DNA of 63,060 nt, filler included, from Streblomastix strix (Eukaryota): NCBI GenBank assembly GCA_008636045.1. It is 3 parts of 3 records of this genome, joined end to end, with 100 filler letters (N's around TTAATTAATTAA, not from the genome) between each part and the next. Parts side by side here need not be neighbours in the genome. Positions count along the whole stretch, not along the records: positions 21,060 to 42,016 come from SNRW01000404.1; positions 42,117 to 63,060 come from SNRW01000405.1; 1 more part is not named here. One strand, written 5' to 3'. A program made the translations under genes and the position numbers. The notes under the pieces were generated by a model. The model saw only the letters and a list, made by a program, of their open reading frames with translations, did not search any database and had not been told where the DNA came from. Shown piece by piece: positions 26,401 to 42,190 of this stretch. Each line of letters opens with the position of its first letter. The first letter of the stretch is position 1.

Positions 26401-29400
26401 AAAACAGAAAGTGAAGGAATATCGATGATTAATAAAGAAGATCTTATAATACGTGATAAAAGAGGAGTTACTATAATGTATGAAGGATCATTAGCATGGT
26501 TAGAATAAATAGAAGGTGAGCTTCTTAGAATTGCTTCATTCTATCTTGGAGAAGCTATTGAACAGAATATTGAAGATGATTGGGATAGAATTGAGAGAAA
26601 AGAAGAATAAGATGAGGATATGGATGATTATATGAAGAAGAAGAAGAAGAAGAAGAAGAAAGATAATAATAATAAATAGCCTGGATAAGGAAATGATAAG
26701 AATTAAATGAAAACAAATGAGAATGAATATAAATAATCCAGAAATAAAGTTTCAGTATATAGTGCATCATCATTTGGTATTGATAGATAGACTCTACTTT
26801 GTGATATTTTAGAGTGTGAAGTATTATTCTAAAGATCAAAAAGAAGATTATGTGATCTATATCTTGAAGCATATGAATTGACAGATTAAATTTCAGACAG
26901 ACTGGAATTATCATAAATTATCTGTGATTTAGTTGCTCTCAGACCCTGAGTCTTATTATGTGGGCCAAATAATGGAGGAGGGGGAATTCAAGGAACTGGT
27001 TTGTATGAAGTTGGAGATTATAGATAATCCAATTAATCTACAAATGCATATCCAGCTTCAGGTTCATTCATTGATTGTTATGCAAATGAAATAATATGTT
27101 TGGAACTTCAGCATAATCTATTATTCACAATAATGGCACGTCTTATTAATGATCATCGTAAGATGGTTAAGGAGGTAGTTACAATTGCAACAGAATCAAG
27201 TAAAGAAATAAATGAAAATGAAAATGAAGATGATAATGAATAAGATAATAAATAAGAAATAGAAATATTAGACTAATAATCTCCATATTCATTCTCTAAT
27301 CTTCCTGTTGGATTCCCTCTTCCACATCCTCCAATTAATCATCTCTTTGATATCAATATTATATAGAGAAGTACTTTGGCTATTTAAGGTGCAAATAGCG
27401 ATATTTAGTCTAATTATGATGGAAGTAGATCGTCAATTGGAGGATTACATAACTTTGAACCAATGGAAATGATTCCTTCACTTTCTCTAATTAGATATGT
27501 CCCATTAATATTATAAATTATATTGAAAGAAATGACAGGCATTGAAACTACTTCTTCATCTGCTGGAATTGCAGGAATTCTGAATTACCAGAATTAAAAC
27601 ACAAATAATCCAAATTAGCCTCTTTAATAATCACCACAAAAATCATCCAATACAATTGAACCAACATCAGTAACTGGGACATAAAGAACTCTTACAACAA
27701 TTTCATCCTAATCATCTTTGCCAAATATAAATCCATTTGATATTTCAGGAGGAATGACATCAGATCTTAATATAAATTCACTCATACAAACATAATCACC
27801 CCCATCTGACTTATGTAGACCATGCAATCTCATATCTCTAACTGCTGTTCATTGTGCTGTTGTTTAATAAGCCATATAATTATGGGTTGAATAAGATGAA
27901 GAAGAATAAAGATCAAATCAGGGATCTATTTAATTTGGGGATAAAAGATTGAACAATCTTGGAATAGATGATGATGATGACGATGATGATGATGATGATA
28001 CATTTGATATTAAACCTAAAGAAGATGGAAATGTATCTGTTGCTGCTTCAAATGAACCAAAGCTCATTCGATAAGGAAGTACATTTATTGAATAAGGAAA
28101 GACTTATGGTAATACAAGTACTTCAGAATTTGAGAAACCAGTTCTCACAAAATAATATTTAAAAGAACTATCTAAACCTCCTTAAGATACATAACCTCAT
28201 TAATCTGTATAAATTATAAGTACTGAAGATCTTGTATATAATCCTGTTGCATTATGCAATGTTGTTGATAACTTTGTTACTTCAACTGTTTCATCTCCAA
28301 ATATGCCTCCTCCTCCTCCAACTAAAGGATAAGTTGTATAATAGAATTAATAATAGAATTAATAATAATAATCACCAAATTCACCAAAGAAATCTCCTAA
28401 TATTAATACAAATCAATAAGGTAAGTTATCTGGTGATGGAAATAACAGTAGTAATAATAGTAGAAGCAATTTAGTACCCATCTCTCCTGGAAATACAAAT
28501 ATATAATTCCCTGTTGATGAAGAACCTGTGGTTGATATTGGATTGATACTAACTAAACAACAAATCTTTTAATTAAGATAAAAACTAAGTCCATTTTTAA
28601 TTGAACGAACACAAATGAATGCTACAATTGAGTATTTTATGTAATGTACAGATGAATTTGATCAAATTCTATCATAAGCAGGGACTGATGGAAATTTATA
28701 ATTGAACATATCATAATTGTCTTCATTTTATCTTCCTTAGAAGAATCTCACTCCAAACACTTCACTTATTAATTTCTCTAAAAAACTTGTTTTCATCCAC
28801 CTTCTTGAAGCACTTCGATTAAGATCATTACTTATTGCTGAACACAACTCAACAGAAAGACTTACAAACATATACATTTCATAAGCATCAAAATTAGGAC
28901 TTAAATTACATTCAATATCTCTTCCATTAATTAAGTTTGAAGACTTTGAAGGATCAGGAATCTAATAACTTACCAATCTTGGAGGATCTTTCACTTTAGG
29001 AAGGACATAAGATATTGGAACATTATAGAGAACAATGAATGATACATTTGGAACTAAGAAAGCTCCATTTAAATTATAGAATACATTATAAATAGAAAAG
29101 AATGATGGAATTGAATTAAACGATGATCCAGGTGGGGGATTAGAGAGAATAGATATTGATGAGATTAAGAGGGTATCTGGTATAAATGATAAGGATGAAG
29201 ATAGATTGGATAATAAAGATGATGCACCTGCTCCTCTTGGAATATAGGAGATTGGATAACAGAACTAAATAAATAAGAAAATTGGATAATCAACAGGTCC
29301 TGCTTAGAAATAAAAAGTGAGCTTGTATAGATAGAGATTATAAACAAGAGCTGCATTTTGGATGAATCCAGCTAATTATTATCACCATACAAACTTCGCA

Positions 29401-32400
29401 ATTTGTGATTTTGATCGACATATGGGAGAATTTGATTTTACTTTAATTAATGCACCAGCTTAATCCATTTATTAATTAGCATAAAGTAACTAATAATAAT
29501 AACAAAAGAATTAGTAACTTCCAGTAATTCTTATTCCATCTCAGAATTCACAACATAAATAAAGTTAAGGTGATGGGAAATCTATTAATATTGGAGGTCC
29601 TGGAATCACTCGTATTTTAGGAGATGATGGATTAGTTGATTTAAGAGCAACATTAAAAGCAGAAATTGGATAAAGAATATTCTTAGAAGTTGTTGTTCGT
29701 TTCAATTAAATAATAATAACTTAATTAGCCATAATATTAAGAGAGAAAGACAAAGAAAGAATAAGACATAAGATTATGGAATAATCAAGAAAGAAAAGAC
29801 TTGGTGAGTATAGGTAAGATAAAAAAAGAGATCGATCAAATATTGGATCATCATCAGGAATTGTACCTGCAAGTGCATATGAATCATTTGTGTCAAATAT
29901 TCTCATTCTTCGTAATCCACGAAGACATTTTAACTCAAATCCAGCTTTTATTCTCTCATCTCTTAGTAGATATGATCCCAATTCTTAACCTTAAAAGAAT
30001 TAGTTTTCATCTTCAACAATTCATTAATCAAAAGCAGCTTTAATTTAATCAGATAAAACACTATCATGATAATAATCTAATAATGCTTAATAAGCATCCA
30101 AGGGTTAATCTCACTATTATAATATATCTCCATATGATTCTTAATCTTCATCTCTATAATCCATTTCATAATATTCTATACTTATAAATAATCATAATAA
30201 TCTGAAGAATGTAATAATCAAATAATACTCAAGATATTTTTTGCCTCTAAACTATCATAAATACAATGCGAGAACTATAAGTCTTAATGAATATTCAGAT
30301 CGAGTGGCATAATTGATGAAAGTTGAGAGACGATCAGAACTTGGAAGAAAGATTAAGAAACTTCGTGCTGATACAATTCGTAAATTTTGGTATGGTTTGT
30401 TGGAGAGGGATATATCATTATATATTCATATATGTCAATTGAATGGTGTAATATCTTCTCTTAGAAGTGAATTATCTTCTTCACCTTGCTTATCTCCTTT
30501 TATTATTGGAGAGATGTCCACAATTGATTCAGTATTCTCTGGATTATCATAACCGACATTATCCAACATTTATGGGTAATAAACACAATCAAATTAAACA
30601 TATGGTAATGATATAAGAAAAGGATTATAAAATACTAATCTTTCTCGACCTTCACCTCTTGGATCTTAACAGAACTTAAATCTAACATCCAATTCAATAT
30701 AATAATCAGGAGGACGAAGTACATTTGGGGAAAGAATGCTGAATGCATAAATACAAAGTGCATAACTATTGATTCCTGTCTAATTAGCATTTGGGAGTTA
30801 TAAATCTCCTTCAACTCCTTTCTCTAGATTAATTGACTAAGGAATAGTTCAAACTAATATTTGGTATTATGTTCCACATTCATTTGAATTTAATCGAGCA
30901 ATTAAAGTCATGAATGGATATGATGTTATTGAAGGAAATAGTAAAGATTTTAGATTCTCATCATATTTTGGATCTGATACGTATTTCAATTATAATGTTA
31001 GACCTATTGGCTCTGGTGGGAATTCAAGTCATATCGCAGATGTATAACAAACATCACGCAATATGAGATATGCACTCCGGACTCTTATTCTATCTCATGA
31101 ATTATTAGCATCATCACAAGCACTTCATTATTTAGCTCGTCCGTCACTTGTAACAAAAGAATTAACTGAAGAGAAGATGTCCAGAAGAGAATAAAGGAGA
31201 GAAATGAAAGCTGAGAAGAAAATAGAAATTATTCTTAGAAAGAAAGATGAGAGATTTCGTGAGATGAAAAAGAGAGAAAAGGAAAAAGAAAAAGAATAAG
31301 AAAAATAATCAAAGAATGAAACATATGCATTAAAGAGAGGATTATAAGGAAATTCATAAAAGGGTGGAATTGGATTTGTTGTAAGTGCAGCGGAAATTGA
31401 AACAAGAAGAAAAATTATTCGAAATAGAATAAGAAAACTCAAAAAATTGAGAATCGAAGAACATCGAAAGCGTGTTATTCTTGAGAAAAAGAAAAAAACC
31501 AGAAAAATCAAACATAACCCAACAGAACTCGACACATTACAACTTGAGCTACTGGATGTTGTTGTAAATGATAATGACAAAGAATTCCAGATAGGTTCAA
31601 TATATCCTTCATTTACTCTAAGTGACAATGCAAGGGGATAAATTTCAGTATAATCTGGATCTGCATTTAATCCATCTAGTACAATTGGGGGTCAATCATA
31701 AGAAGGAGGAAATGTAGATGGAAGTGAAACAGGAATTAATAATAATGCAAATAATGGAGGAACATTGAGTTTTGGATTGAGATCAATTGGAAAGAAGGAT
31801 TTACTTGGAGGAATAAGGAAAGGTAATGAAGGATAATAATATGTACCTGAATATATATATGAGGATGAAGATGATTATATTGATAGAGGATACGATTATT
31901 AGGAAAGAATTGGGAATACAATGAATAAATAAACTATAAAGAGAAAGAAATAGAATAAAATATTAATTGGAAATGCAGACACTATTCTCTCTTTTCTTGA
32001 TGATAAAGTCCTAAAGATGCATATGCAACTCATTCTTATATTTAGATTAATTGAAGATGAATTTTTAAAACGTGGAAATGATTGGGCTGCTGAAATTATA
32101 CGTAGAGTTGCACCATAAGTTATACGTGAATAGAAATTTAGAATAAATAACATTAATAATTCCAATATTCATGAATTTCCATAAAACATTCCTGATTTTC
32201 CTTTAATACCACAATTCATCTCTCCAAATCATTTCACAAACATTTCACCAACTGAAAAAGTATTTAATTAGTAATTTAATAATTATATTGGAAATGGATT
32301 ATTAGGAAATTAAGGAGGAATTGGATTAATAAACATGGATTCTGTTTATAAATTAACTGAAGAATCAGCTATTTTAGCATCCAAACTAGTTTCACCATAA

Positions 32401-35400
32401 TTTGATTAAAATAGTACTTCACAAATATTAGATAAACAACAGAATAAATATGAATAATCTTAATTGTCATCTACATTTCAATCTTAACTATCATCTACAA
32501 TGCAATCACAAAAAGTTATAACACGTAATTAAGGATAATAAATAACTGCATAAAATTCATCTTAAATACAGAATACAAATAGTTAAAAGAGTATTGTAGA
32601 TTAATAACAATAAAATAATAAAGATATTGATTTAAGTGAATAAGTTTTCTTTTGGAGAATTGTAAAAGGAGACTAAGGAATTGAACTCACAATGTGGAGA
32701 GATGAAGTGAATAAAGATTCAAATAAATAAGAAGATATTGTATATCCAAGATATGATAATTATGGAGATCTGAGAAATATTGGAAAGGGATGGAATAATC
32801 ATAAGAAGAGATGTGGAATTGAAAAGATTACTATTTCTATTGGAACTAAAACATTTAATTTGTTTCTTCTTCGCAGGTAAAAGAAGAAAGATGATGAAAA
32901 TAGATTATTATTTGGTCATGCAGCTTAAAATGCATCTGGAGGTGCAGGTGCAAAGAAATCCAAGAATATCACACAGAATAAAGATTAACAGAATATTCAA
33001 CAATAAGGAGGATAATAAAATGTATCATAAAGTAATTAACAAACACCTCGTGGTATTGGATCTACTGGAGCAAATGCTGAAATAGATAAAGGGAAGAAAA
33101 AATTAGAATCTTAATATAATTTTGTAGTTGGTGGAATGTTTGTATGTGAAGCGATGTCTGAGAGTGAATTAAATATGACATCTGAATAAGGATTAGTGAA
33201 TTAATAGTCACTTATATACCAACATTACTTCTCTATTTATAATCCATCTTTATAAACAGATACAGCAATACCTTCTTCATTATCATTACATCCACATTTC
33301 TTATCAGATTCTATTATGAGAGGAAGTAGTATAAGTTGCTTTGGATTATCATGTTCTACAAATTGTATATCTTAATTATTTGATAAAATTAATTAGTAGC
33401 GAAATTAGCTAATTACAGTTATTTATCAAAAAGCATCAACATTGGCAGAAGAAAAAACAAATATGAAGAAACAGTAACAATAGAGGCAGAATATTTATAA
33501 AAGGACAAGTTAAAATGCAGATTAAGGAATATAAATTGAAGAAGAAGATAAGAAATCAGATATTCTGGTACCTGTTGGATCATGTGGTTTGACTGGTACA
33601 ATGTTTTTGCTACCCAATGAACTATCATCAATTTCTTTCTCATTTGTATCCAAATTACCATCTCATAAATATTAGTAATCTTTTACTCATTAATAATCAT
33701 CATCATTTTCATCAGCATAATTCTCATACCCAATGTTATAACATGGAATCAAATCTTCATTTCATAACTCTATCTTAGGAATGCCACCTCTTACTCTTCG
33801 TGAGCGTATGATCCGTCATCTCACTCGAACTTAATAAATTGCAGCTTTACGCAGAATTAAAGAATAAAATGAAGAAGAGAATCAAACTAACTCATCAATG
33901 GAATTAACAAATAAAAATGGATTAGATGATAATAATAAAGAATCAAGGAATGAGAAAGGATCTCTTAGAACGAATAATAAAAGAGATTTAGATCACAATA
34001 AAGGATAAAAGAAGAAAGGATTTATGACTTAAGAAGGGAAAGGAAGTTTGAATTTGAAAGACTCAATGTCATAGTAAAGTAGATCTAATAGTGATGAAGA
34101 TGAAGATGATGAATAAGATTAATCTGATGGAGAAGGTATGAATATAAATGAATTATCAGATAGTAGTGAAGATGAGAAGTAAATAAGGAAATCATCAGCA
34201 TATAGTACAATGGATCTATCATCTATGGGGACTATTGCTTGTATTTATGTTCATTCAATTATTGATCCTTATAGAGCTGCAATTGAAAAATATGCTAAAT
34301 AGAAAAGAAGCGAAGTTATTGATTTAGAATAAAATGAAATTGCAAATGAAGGTAACAATATAATGAATAGAACATAAGATAAGAAATTAGGAAGTCCAGG
34401 AAATGTCAGTAAATATCAATCTAAGAGTAATCTTCAGAAATATGTATCTAAAATATAATATGATCCATTAAAAGGAGATAATATGAATGATGAAGATATA
34501 GATGATGAATTTGAAGTAGATAAATCAAAGGACAGCATTGATAGTAGAAGTGATGGAGCTATTCTTGGAGGAGGGAGTGGAAATGCAGGATCTACTTCAG
34601 ATGAAGACTTAGCCTGGGATATTGAATATAAGAAGAGAAATAAAAATGATTATTAAACATCGTCAACAAATGCTAATAGCCAATAAGTAACCATCACAAC
34701 TAATTCAACAATTACGAGTACTAATACATAAACAAGCAATTCAAGTTCTGTATCAAATTAGCTTGGATCAGATGGATTAGGATATGATGAAGAATTGAAA
34801 GATACAATTAGAAGAGTTAAGAGAAGACACAGAAGAAGAGATGCAAGAAGATCAGAAAGACACAGAGGTGAAAGATTGCACAGGGAAATAGCAAGAATGA
34901 ATTAAATTAATGGAGATCCAACAGAAGAAAACATTCAAGAAAGGGGAAAAGAAGGGAATAATGCAGCAATAAGGGAAGATATTACAATTCCAGGATCAAT
35001 AGAAGATAGAATTGGATCAGTTGCACCTGGATGTAGTAATTCATATTCATCTACTATAATACCACCTCAATTATTACATCCTAATTCATCCAATCCATAA
35101 TCATAATCAACTTCATCTTCTTCATCTTCATCAACTTCAGCATTCACTTCATCATCTGTTATGCCTTCAACACTAAATTAACCTCATCATCGATCATTTG
35201 GACCTCAACCATGGGGATTTCCTTCATATGGATAACCTTCAACTATGGATTATATATCACATTCACTTCCTTCATTCTTGCATATTCATGAATCTAATTC
35301 AGATACTGCACTACCTGCATTCCCAAATCCAAGTCTAAATTCATCTAAAGTACCATATCAATCATCTTAAACTAATACAAATAATGTAAATGCTCCTCAT

Positions 35401-38400
35401 TTCACTACAAAGAATGCAATATTCTCCTGTGCATAATCTTCTGCTTCTCTTATTGGTTCAATTGGATCAGATAAACAGTCGTCAAATTCAATAGTTAATG
35501 TAGATGCAATTAGAGATCTGCTTATAAGAATAAGTTCAGTATCAGAAGATGGAGGAGGGAATGGAAATGCATATACAGATAGTAGTGAAGATAAAGCAAG
35601 TGGGAAAGGAAAATCAAATAGCACAATTACAGGAGGAGTTAAAATAAGGGAGAAATAGAATGATAATGAATAAGGATAAGGAGATAATAATCCATCAAAT
35701 GAAATATCAGATAAAACATCAGGAATTGGAGGAGGATCAGGATGGGGCTTGAATACTGTTAGAAAGAATGAATGTTCAATTGGATCAAATGGATACATAG
35801 GTAATGGAGAAAGAGGAATTATAATACAAGTGATGCTTGAATTGGATCTGTCATTATAAGAATGCATTGATGAAGATGGAGCTGAAGATGAAGATGATAT
35901 TGAAGATGTTATGAACTTAGATTAAATTAGTGATGATGATGAGGATGAGAATATATTTGATAGATTTGATGGAACTGGGACTCTTAAATTTTTTTCTGAC
36001 TAATCTGCAGTAGGAACTTTAAATAAGAAACAACTATTGAAACTCAACTAAAATCTGTAGAGCGAAGGCAGTACTTTAAAAACTGCAGATATTTCAATGA
36101 AAAGTGGCAATAGCACATTAAAAAGTGGTTAATATATATTATAAAGGAAAAAGTCATAAAATCAAAGTATTTCATCATAAATGACATAATAACAAAGAAA
36201 ATCAAGCAATAAATAACCAGCTTCAGCATCTCGTGCATTACTCACTAAAATATAATCCAAATATGAAGATCAATCAAATATTGATAAAATACAAAACATG
36301 GTAACAAATACAATTAATCCTCAAGAGGCAGTAATGTCATAAATTCAACTTTTAACTGATCTTCTTTGGTTGGATAAGCTTCGATCTGTTTTCTTTTCTA
36401 TTGCACTAAATATCCATCGTGTTGTTACAAGTAGTGATGCTTAAGATGCAATGATATCATATGCATAGAATGCTCTATTACCATTAGAATAGAAATGGAG
36501 GGATTGGATTGAATATGAAAGTAAGCATCCTATTAAAGATTAGAAAAATATTGGAAAAATATAGAATTTAGAATAAATAAACATAGATGATATTTATAAA
36601 CAAACAATTTCTGATTCTTAAATAGCTTAATTGGTATAAAATGTACCATAACTATAAGATTTCTTCTCAAATAAACCATTAATCTCTAAAATTCAAACAA
36701 TCTCTCCAATTCTTTCAATTCTTTATTCACAGACTTAAAGTCGTCGAGTATATAAACGAATATGGATATCATTACAAATTGAAACTTTACTTCTTCTTAT
36801 CAATTCATTTCTTATTGGAGCTGCCCTAAGTCAGAATCGAATATTAAAGAAAGGTGAATAAACATTAATTGTTGAATCAGTCAATAGAAGACGCGGATAA
36901 TAAAAATAGTTGAGTGGAGTTGCATCATAGAATCAATAAAACAAGTTATTAATTGGATCAAAAGGATTTAAGGAAACTCTTATAGCTTAGATTACAAGTT
37001 ATAATTCAAAAAGAAGAATTCATCTTCCAACGCACATCTTAATTAGTATATATCCATCTCCATCAATAATTATTGAAGATCTTAGTTTATCTGTTTTATT
37101 CGGAAATGAATCAAACTAAGAAGATAAAAGTATCATTAAAAGTGTAGTGAGTGAACTTTATCGGTTATTGATGTTGTATTAGAAATAGAAATTGTAGAAT
37201 CAAAATTAAATTGTCGTTCAAGGTCAAAATATCACTTCATTACCTAAAGTAGTGAAAAGATAATCGGTTATATAGAATAACAAAAACACTCAATTATAAT
37301 CAAACACAAACAATATTCCAATTCTCCTCCTTCATAATGATAGTCTACTTTCAATGCCCTTAATTGATGAAGCAAGATCTTATGCAGAGAGAGAATTGCA
37401 TTTATCAAAAGCTTTAAGATTAGTTGCTTAGAATGGTGTTATTGTATAATGCGAAAGAAAACCAGATGAAAAATAATAAAAGAATGACAGTAAGAACAGT
37501 AGTGTTGATTTATAAAGCAATATTGATATTAATAAAGCGTCATCAAATTGGAATTTTGAAAATGTACTTAATTATAATAATGGGAAAGAGCAACAGTCAC
37601 CAAAAGGAAATCAATCATCAGCAGCCAATTCAGAATAAGACAGTATTGTATTTTTAAGAGATGGACTATTATAAGGTCTTGAAGATATTGTGAGTAGAGC
37701 CTTGTTATGGGGAGAAGAATTAGTATAGAAGAATATAGTAGGATTATAAGCAGTAGTTGAGACATTCACACAGAAGATCTCAGATTCATCTCGTAACATC
37801 AGAATATTGGCGACAGTTGCAGAAGGTCGATGGTCTGAATTAAGAAGAATGAGGGTGTAAAGTGATCTTTGGGATAGAGGATACAATCTTGTAGGAGAAG
37901 TGGAGCGTTTAAGAGGATTAGTAGAAAGACTTCAACATTCATTGGATGTAAAGGGAATACTTCTAAGAAGGAGAATAAGGAGAGAATATGAAGTGTTGAT
38001 TCACAGATTAGGAACTGAACTTGTTTCTGCTAATTAATAGTTTGTTAAATATAGAGATGAAATGGCTGATCATGCAATAGGAACACTTAATTAAATAACA
38101 GAAGTGGAGATCAGTGAAATTGAAAAAGCTAATCCTCAAAGATAGAAACCAAAATTAGTTAAAGATTATTCAGGACATTCATCCTTAGTATTCTAATCTC
38201 AGTAATAAAACTAAAATTTGCTTTAAGATTCTAAAGCAATATAGAATTAAGCTCCTTCATCTATTCTTGGAACTCCAACAAAAACAAGTTTAAATGGATC
38301 CCTTGCAAAGCTTGATTCATAAATGACACAAACAATTCCATCATCCACAATTCCACCAGCTGTTATACGTCCTTTTGTTCGAGTGACTATAGCAATGGTT

Positions 38401-39732
38401 AATGATATGAACAATGCTCGTGAATTGTTTCTTTTGCTTCGTAGAGAAGCGAAGTTGGAGAAGCGAATGGCACAATTAACTGGTGATTCACATGTTATTC
38501 AACACGAATAGAAGCGCATTCTTCTTTAAACATAAAATGAACTTGGAAAAAGACTTGATGCACTTCGAGGGAGGCATTCAGATGATGTTGGTGAGAGAGA
38601 ATCTCGTTTGAGGATGTTAGAAATGTAATTGAACTTAGTCAACACTCGATTACATGATGCATGGTCTAAACTTGAGGATGTTCTAAGAGAAACTGGTATG
38701 CAACGTTCAAACAAGAAGAAACTCATGGCGTGGCGTAAAGAGAAAGAAGAACTGATTAATATTCTTGAGTAATAACTGGATAGATATAAGCGTGTAAGCA
38801 CTGTAGATATTGATAAGCTATATTTAGATCTTGAGCGCAAAGAATCTGAGCTTAGAAGTGCGAAACATAGTGAATAACGCGCGTTGAAGAATGCAGAATA
38901 GGCAGAAGATCACTATAGAAGAGAGATTATCAAAGTACGCAAATATTTAGAGTAAGAAAGAAGAATGAAAGAAGAAGCAAAAGGAAGATTAGAAGAAACT
39001 CGGAAGTTTCTTGTTTAAAGTGGGCTCATTGCAGGTCGTACAGATCGTGAAAGAGAAAGAAATGGAGCAATTGGGACACTTGCTAGTGTAGCTGCAGGTG
39101 ATGCACGTGAGACATTATTATAAGGATTACTATCAGATGATGAGGTTCTTGCAAAGGAAGCTCTCATTGTTGTTGGTGAAGATGATTATGGTGGAATTGA
39201 ATAAATAGTTAAGAATAAAGAAGGTGAAGAAAGAATAAGTTTGGGCGCTATTCTTGGAATGAATATTGATCCATTAAATAGAATTGAGAGTGCAAGACCT
39301 GAGAGTGCAGTTACTGGAGTATCAACAGCTCCATCTACATTATTGACTGTTAGAGAAGCACACGATGATATGCTTTATTGGAAAAGGAAGTTTGATACAG
39401 TATAAGATTCACTTTAAGAATCACGTCGTGAGAATGATGAGCTTCGATAACAATTGGAGAAAGTGACTGAATAGAATTTAAAAGGTACTTATAAACCTGG
39501 TATGAAATCATTATCATTACATTTGAGAAGAATTGCAACTACAAACAATTAGAGAACAAGATCAGCAAATGAGAATCCCAATACTCCAATCATTTCACCT
39601 CCTTCTTCTGTTCATATTACTTAATTTAGTCCAGTTACTCCAGTTACTTCTAATATTGATATTGTATAATAACAGCGTCCAAGTACATGGGGTGGAGACA
39701 AACAACGCATCACAAAAGAAAGACGCCAATGA
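23405..39732 (+). CDS. Giant low-complexity/coiled-coil protein (~5,400 aa), CCDC162-like
   Basis: Exon 23405-23482, intron GTTTG...CACAG 23483-23532, then a 16.2-kb frame to TGA at 39730. N-terminal LERWTRYC and LNSYLLVLRW recall CCDC162 (from memory). In-frame TGA at 30067; not every codon was checked. Confidence 0.75.
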
Positions 39733-40124
39733 AATATCATATTCCACTTTGCAATATAATATGTCTATATCTCATCATCTTGAAGCTTTTAAAATTCAGT
39801 ATTGTATTATAAATAAAATAAAAGTATATTATATAATTATTGATTGCATTATTGTATTCAATCCACATCTAAGCAAGAAAATGCTAAAAATCAATAATGG
39901 TAGTAAAAAAATTATGATTTCAATAAAATTGAATCACGATGTCTATAATGTTAATAAATGAAGTGTAAAGCCAATTTTAAATGTATGAACTATAGATAAA
40001 TAAAGTAAAGTAAAAGAAATGAAATGAAAAAAAATAAAAGAAAAATAAAAGAAGAAAATTAAGATAAGATAAAATATAATAATAATTGAAAAACACTCAA
40101 AACACTCAATCAACAATAACATTT

Positions 40125-41744
40125 TCAGTCTTCATCTTCTCCATCCATTTTAAGATCCAATGACATCGCATGAATGAAATCCCTCGCTGATTATTTTCTC
40201 TTATAGGGACCAAAGACAACCAAAGCAGCCAATCTAGCTCTTTATTCTTCAGCAATCTAAGTTGATTCAGGTTCATCTAGAATTGGTTGATTATTATAAT
40301 TATAGTTGCTATATGTACTTAATTCATTTGCACTGAATATATTCAAACTTCCTGGATATACCATGTATGATGATATTAATGTACTATCTATATCTTCATC
40401 TTCATCAATCCTTCTCCTTTTTTATCCTTCAAATAAAAAATTAATTTGTTTGTTTGTTTCTTTTTGCTTCTTTAATTTCTTACCTGTACTCCATTTCCTG
40501 ACTCGCTTCTTCCTTTTCTTCTTTAATTGCAGACTTAAATCTTGTTGCATTTAATTATTAATGGTTATATCAACTAAATTGCCTTCACTTGATTAGTTTG
40601 ATTCTATTTCTGATACTAATTCATCATCTGAGTCAGTTTCATTTAATTTATCTTAATTTAATTCAATTTAATTATCGGTTTTATTTTCTGTCAATATTTC
40701 TGCTTCTTCTCTTTTACGTTTCATTTTCTCAGTAAATTCAATTTTGTTTATCTTTATATTATTTATTTCTGAAATATTATTAGTTTATTTATTCTATATT
40801 TTCTTATCTTAGTTATCCTTTTATTTATCAAATGAATTAATTATTTTCTTTTCTTCATTTTATTTTTCTTGTTAAAAAACAAATTACTGAGGTTATATAG
40901 AATGCAATTAGTCAAATTGGTTATAGTTTATCTTTTAAGATTAGAGATTGGTGTTAGGATTATTCATCATTGAAATTGAATTTGATGGCAAAAATCTCTT
41001 CGGTTCAACTGGATAGCTGTATGATTAAATATAGTTCTTTGCATAGGGATTTGGAAACATGGATGCCTATGCAATAATTCTGGGAGATATTTAGTTTTTC
41101 AATTAATATGCCAATGAAGGTTTTGGTTATTAATATGAAGGATTTTGAAAGAACTACTATTACTTGTCTTGGTTTGTATGTGAAGAGGAATTAGTAGATA
41201 CTGATCTGTTATTAATGTTATTTTCTCTCTAATTTCCTGAATTTGATCCTTTTTATTATTCAGATTTAGATGCAACTCTCTTTGATGTTCCTTTTTTGCT
41301 TCTATTTCCTTGTTTCTTATTCAGTAACGGAAGATTCAAATATCTGGGCGTATGACGACGTTTCTGAGAAATAGATGATAATGAATATATTCATTAATTA
41401 ACTAATTTCAAATAATTTAGAACATTATCATACAAGACGATAACGAAGAGTTGCAAAAAAGTTATCTGAAAATTTTGGCATAATTAAAAATTAAAAAAAA
41501 AATTAATATTGAAAAAAATGATAATAATTTACCTATCTGATGAGAATTCAAACCACACTATTACTCAATCCTATAAAATTTCAATAGATAATATGGTTAT
41601 TCAACGAATGAACACAGCATACATCTTCTTCTATTCAATGGTCGGATTTGACGTAGGATTGTATATCAGAAAGTTATTTAGCTTTTCACGAATCTCATCT
41701 GAGAAAGGGCCTTTTGTACGGAATGTCTCGTTATCTTCAACCAT
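40125..41744 (-). CDS. Divergent (TALE-like) homeodomain protein with Gln/Ser-rich tail
   Basis: After removing three short GT-AG introns: RTKGPFSDEIREKLNNFLIYNPTSNPTIEQKKMIEQQCGLNSHQIDNFFATLRYRLKRR. Confidence 0.65.
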
Positions 41745-42016
41745 TAGTAACTAAATGAAATAAATAAAAAAATAATAATTTCGATCTGCATTTTAAACAA
41801 AAAAAGGGAGTATTTAATATGTGAAAAAATTTAAATAAAAATATAATAATCTATAATAAAGTGATTTTTAAGTTATTAATATCTTGTAGGACCGAAAAAA
41901 TTATTTTTTTATTTATATCATTCAATCTCACTCCCATTCAGTATTTGAGCTTTTTAAAGAAATTAAATTTCAATTGCATTACTCTATCAATAAAAAATAA
42001 TATATAAAAATCATGG

Positions 42017-42116
42017 NNNNNNNNNNNNNNNNNNNNNNNNNNNNNNNNNNNNNNNNNNNNTTAATTAATTAANNNNNNNNNNNNNNNNNNNNNNNNNNNN
42101 NNNNNNNNNNNNNNNN
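42017..42116. other. Artificial contig linker
   Basis: N44-TTAATTAATTAA-N44. Confidence 0.98.
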
Positions 42117-42190
42117 TTCTTTTATTATTAATTTATTTCTTTTAATAATTTCTTTTAATTATTAATTAATTATTTTTCATAAATATTCAG

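Noticed and set aside
20960..42116. TTAATTAATTAA palindromes within N runs
   Set aside because: Identical 100-bp synthetic linkers. Adjacency between the three contigs carries no biological meaning.
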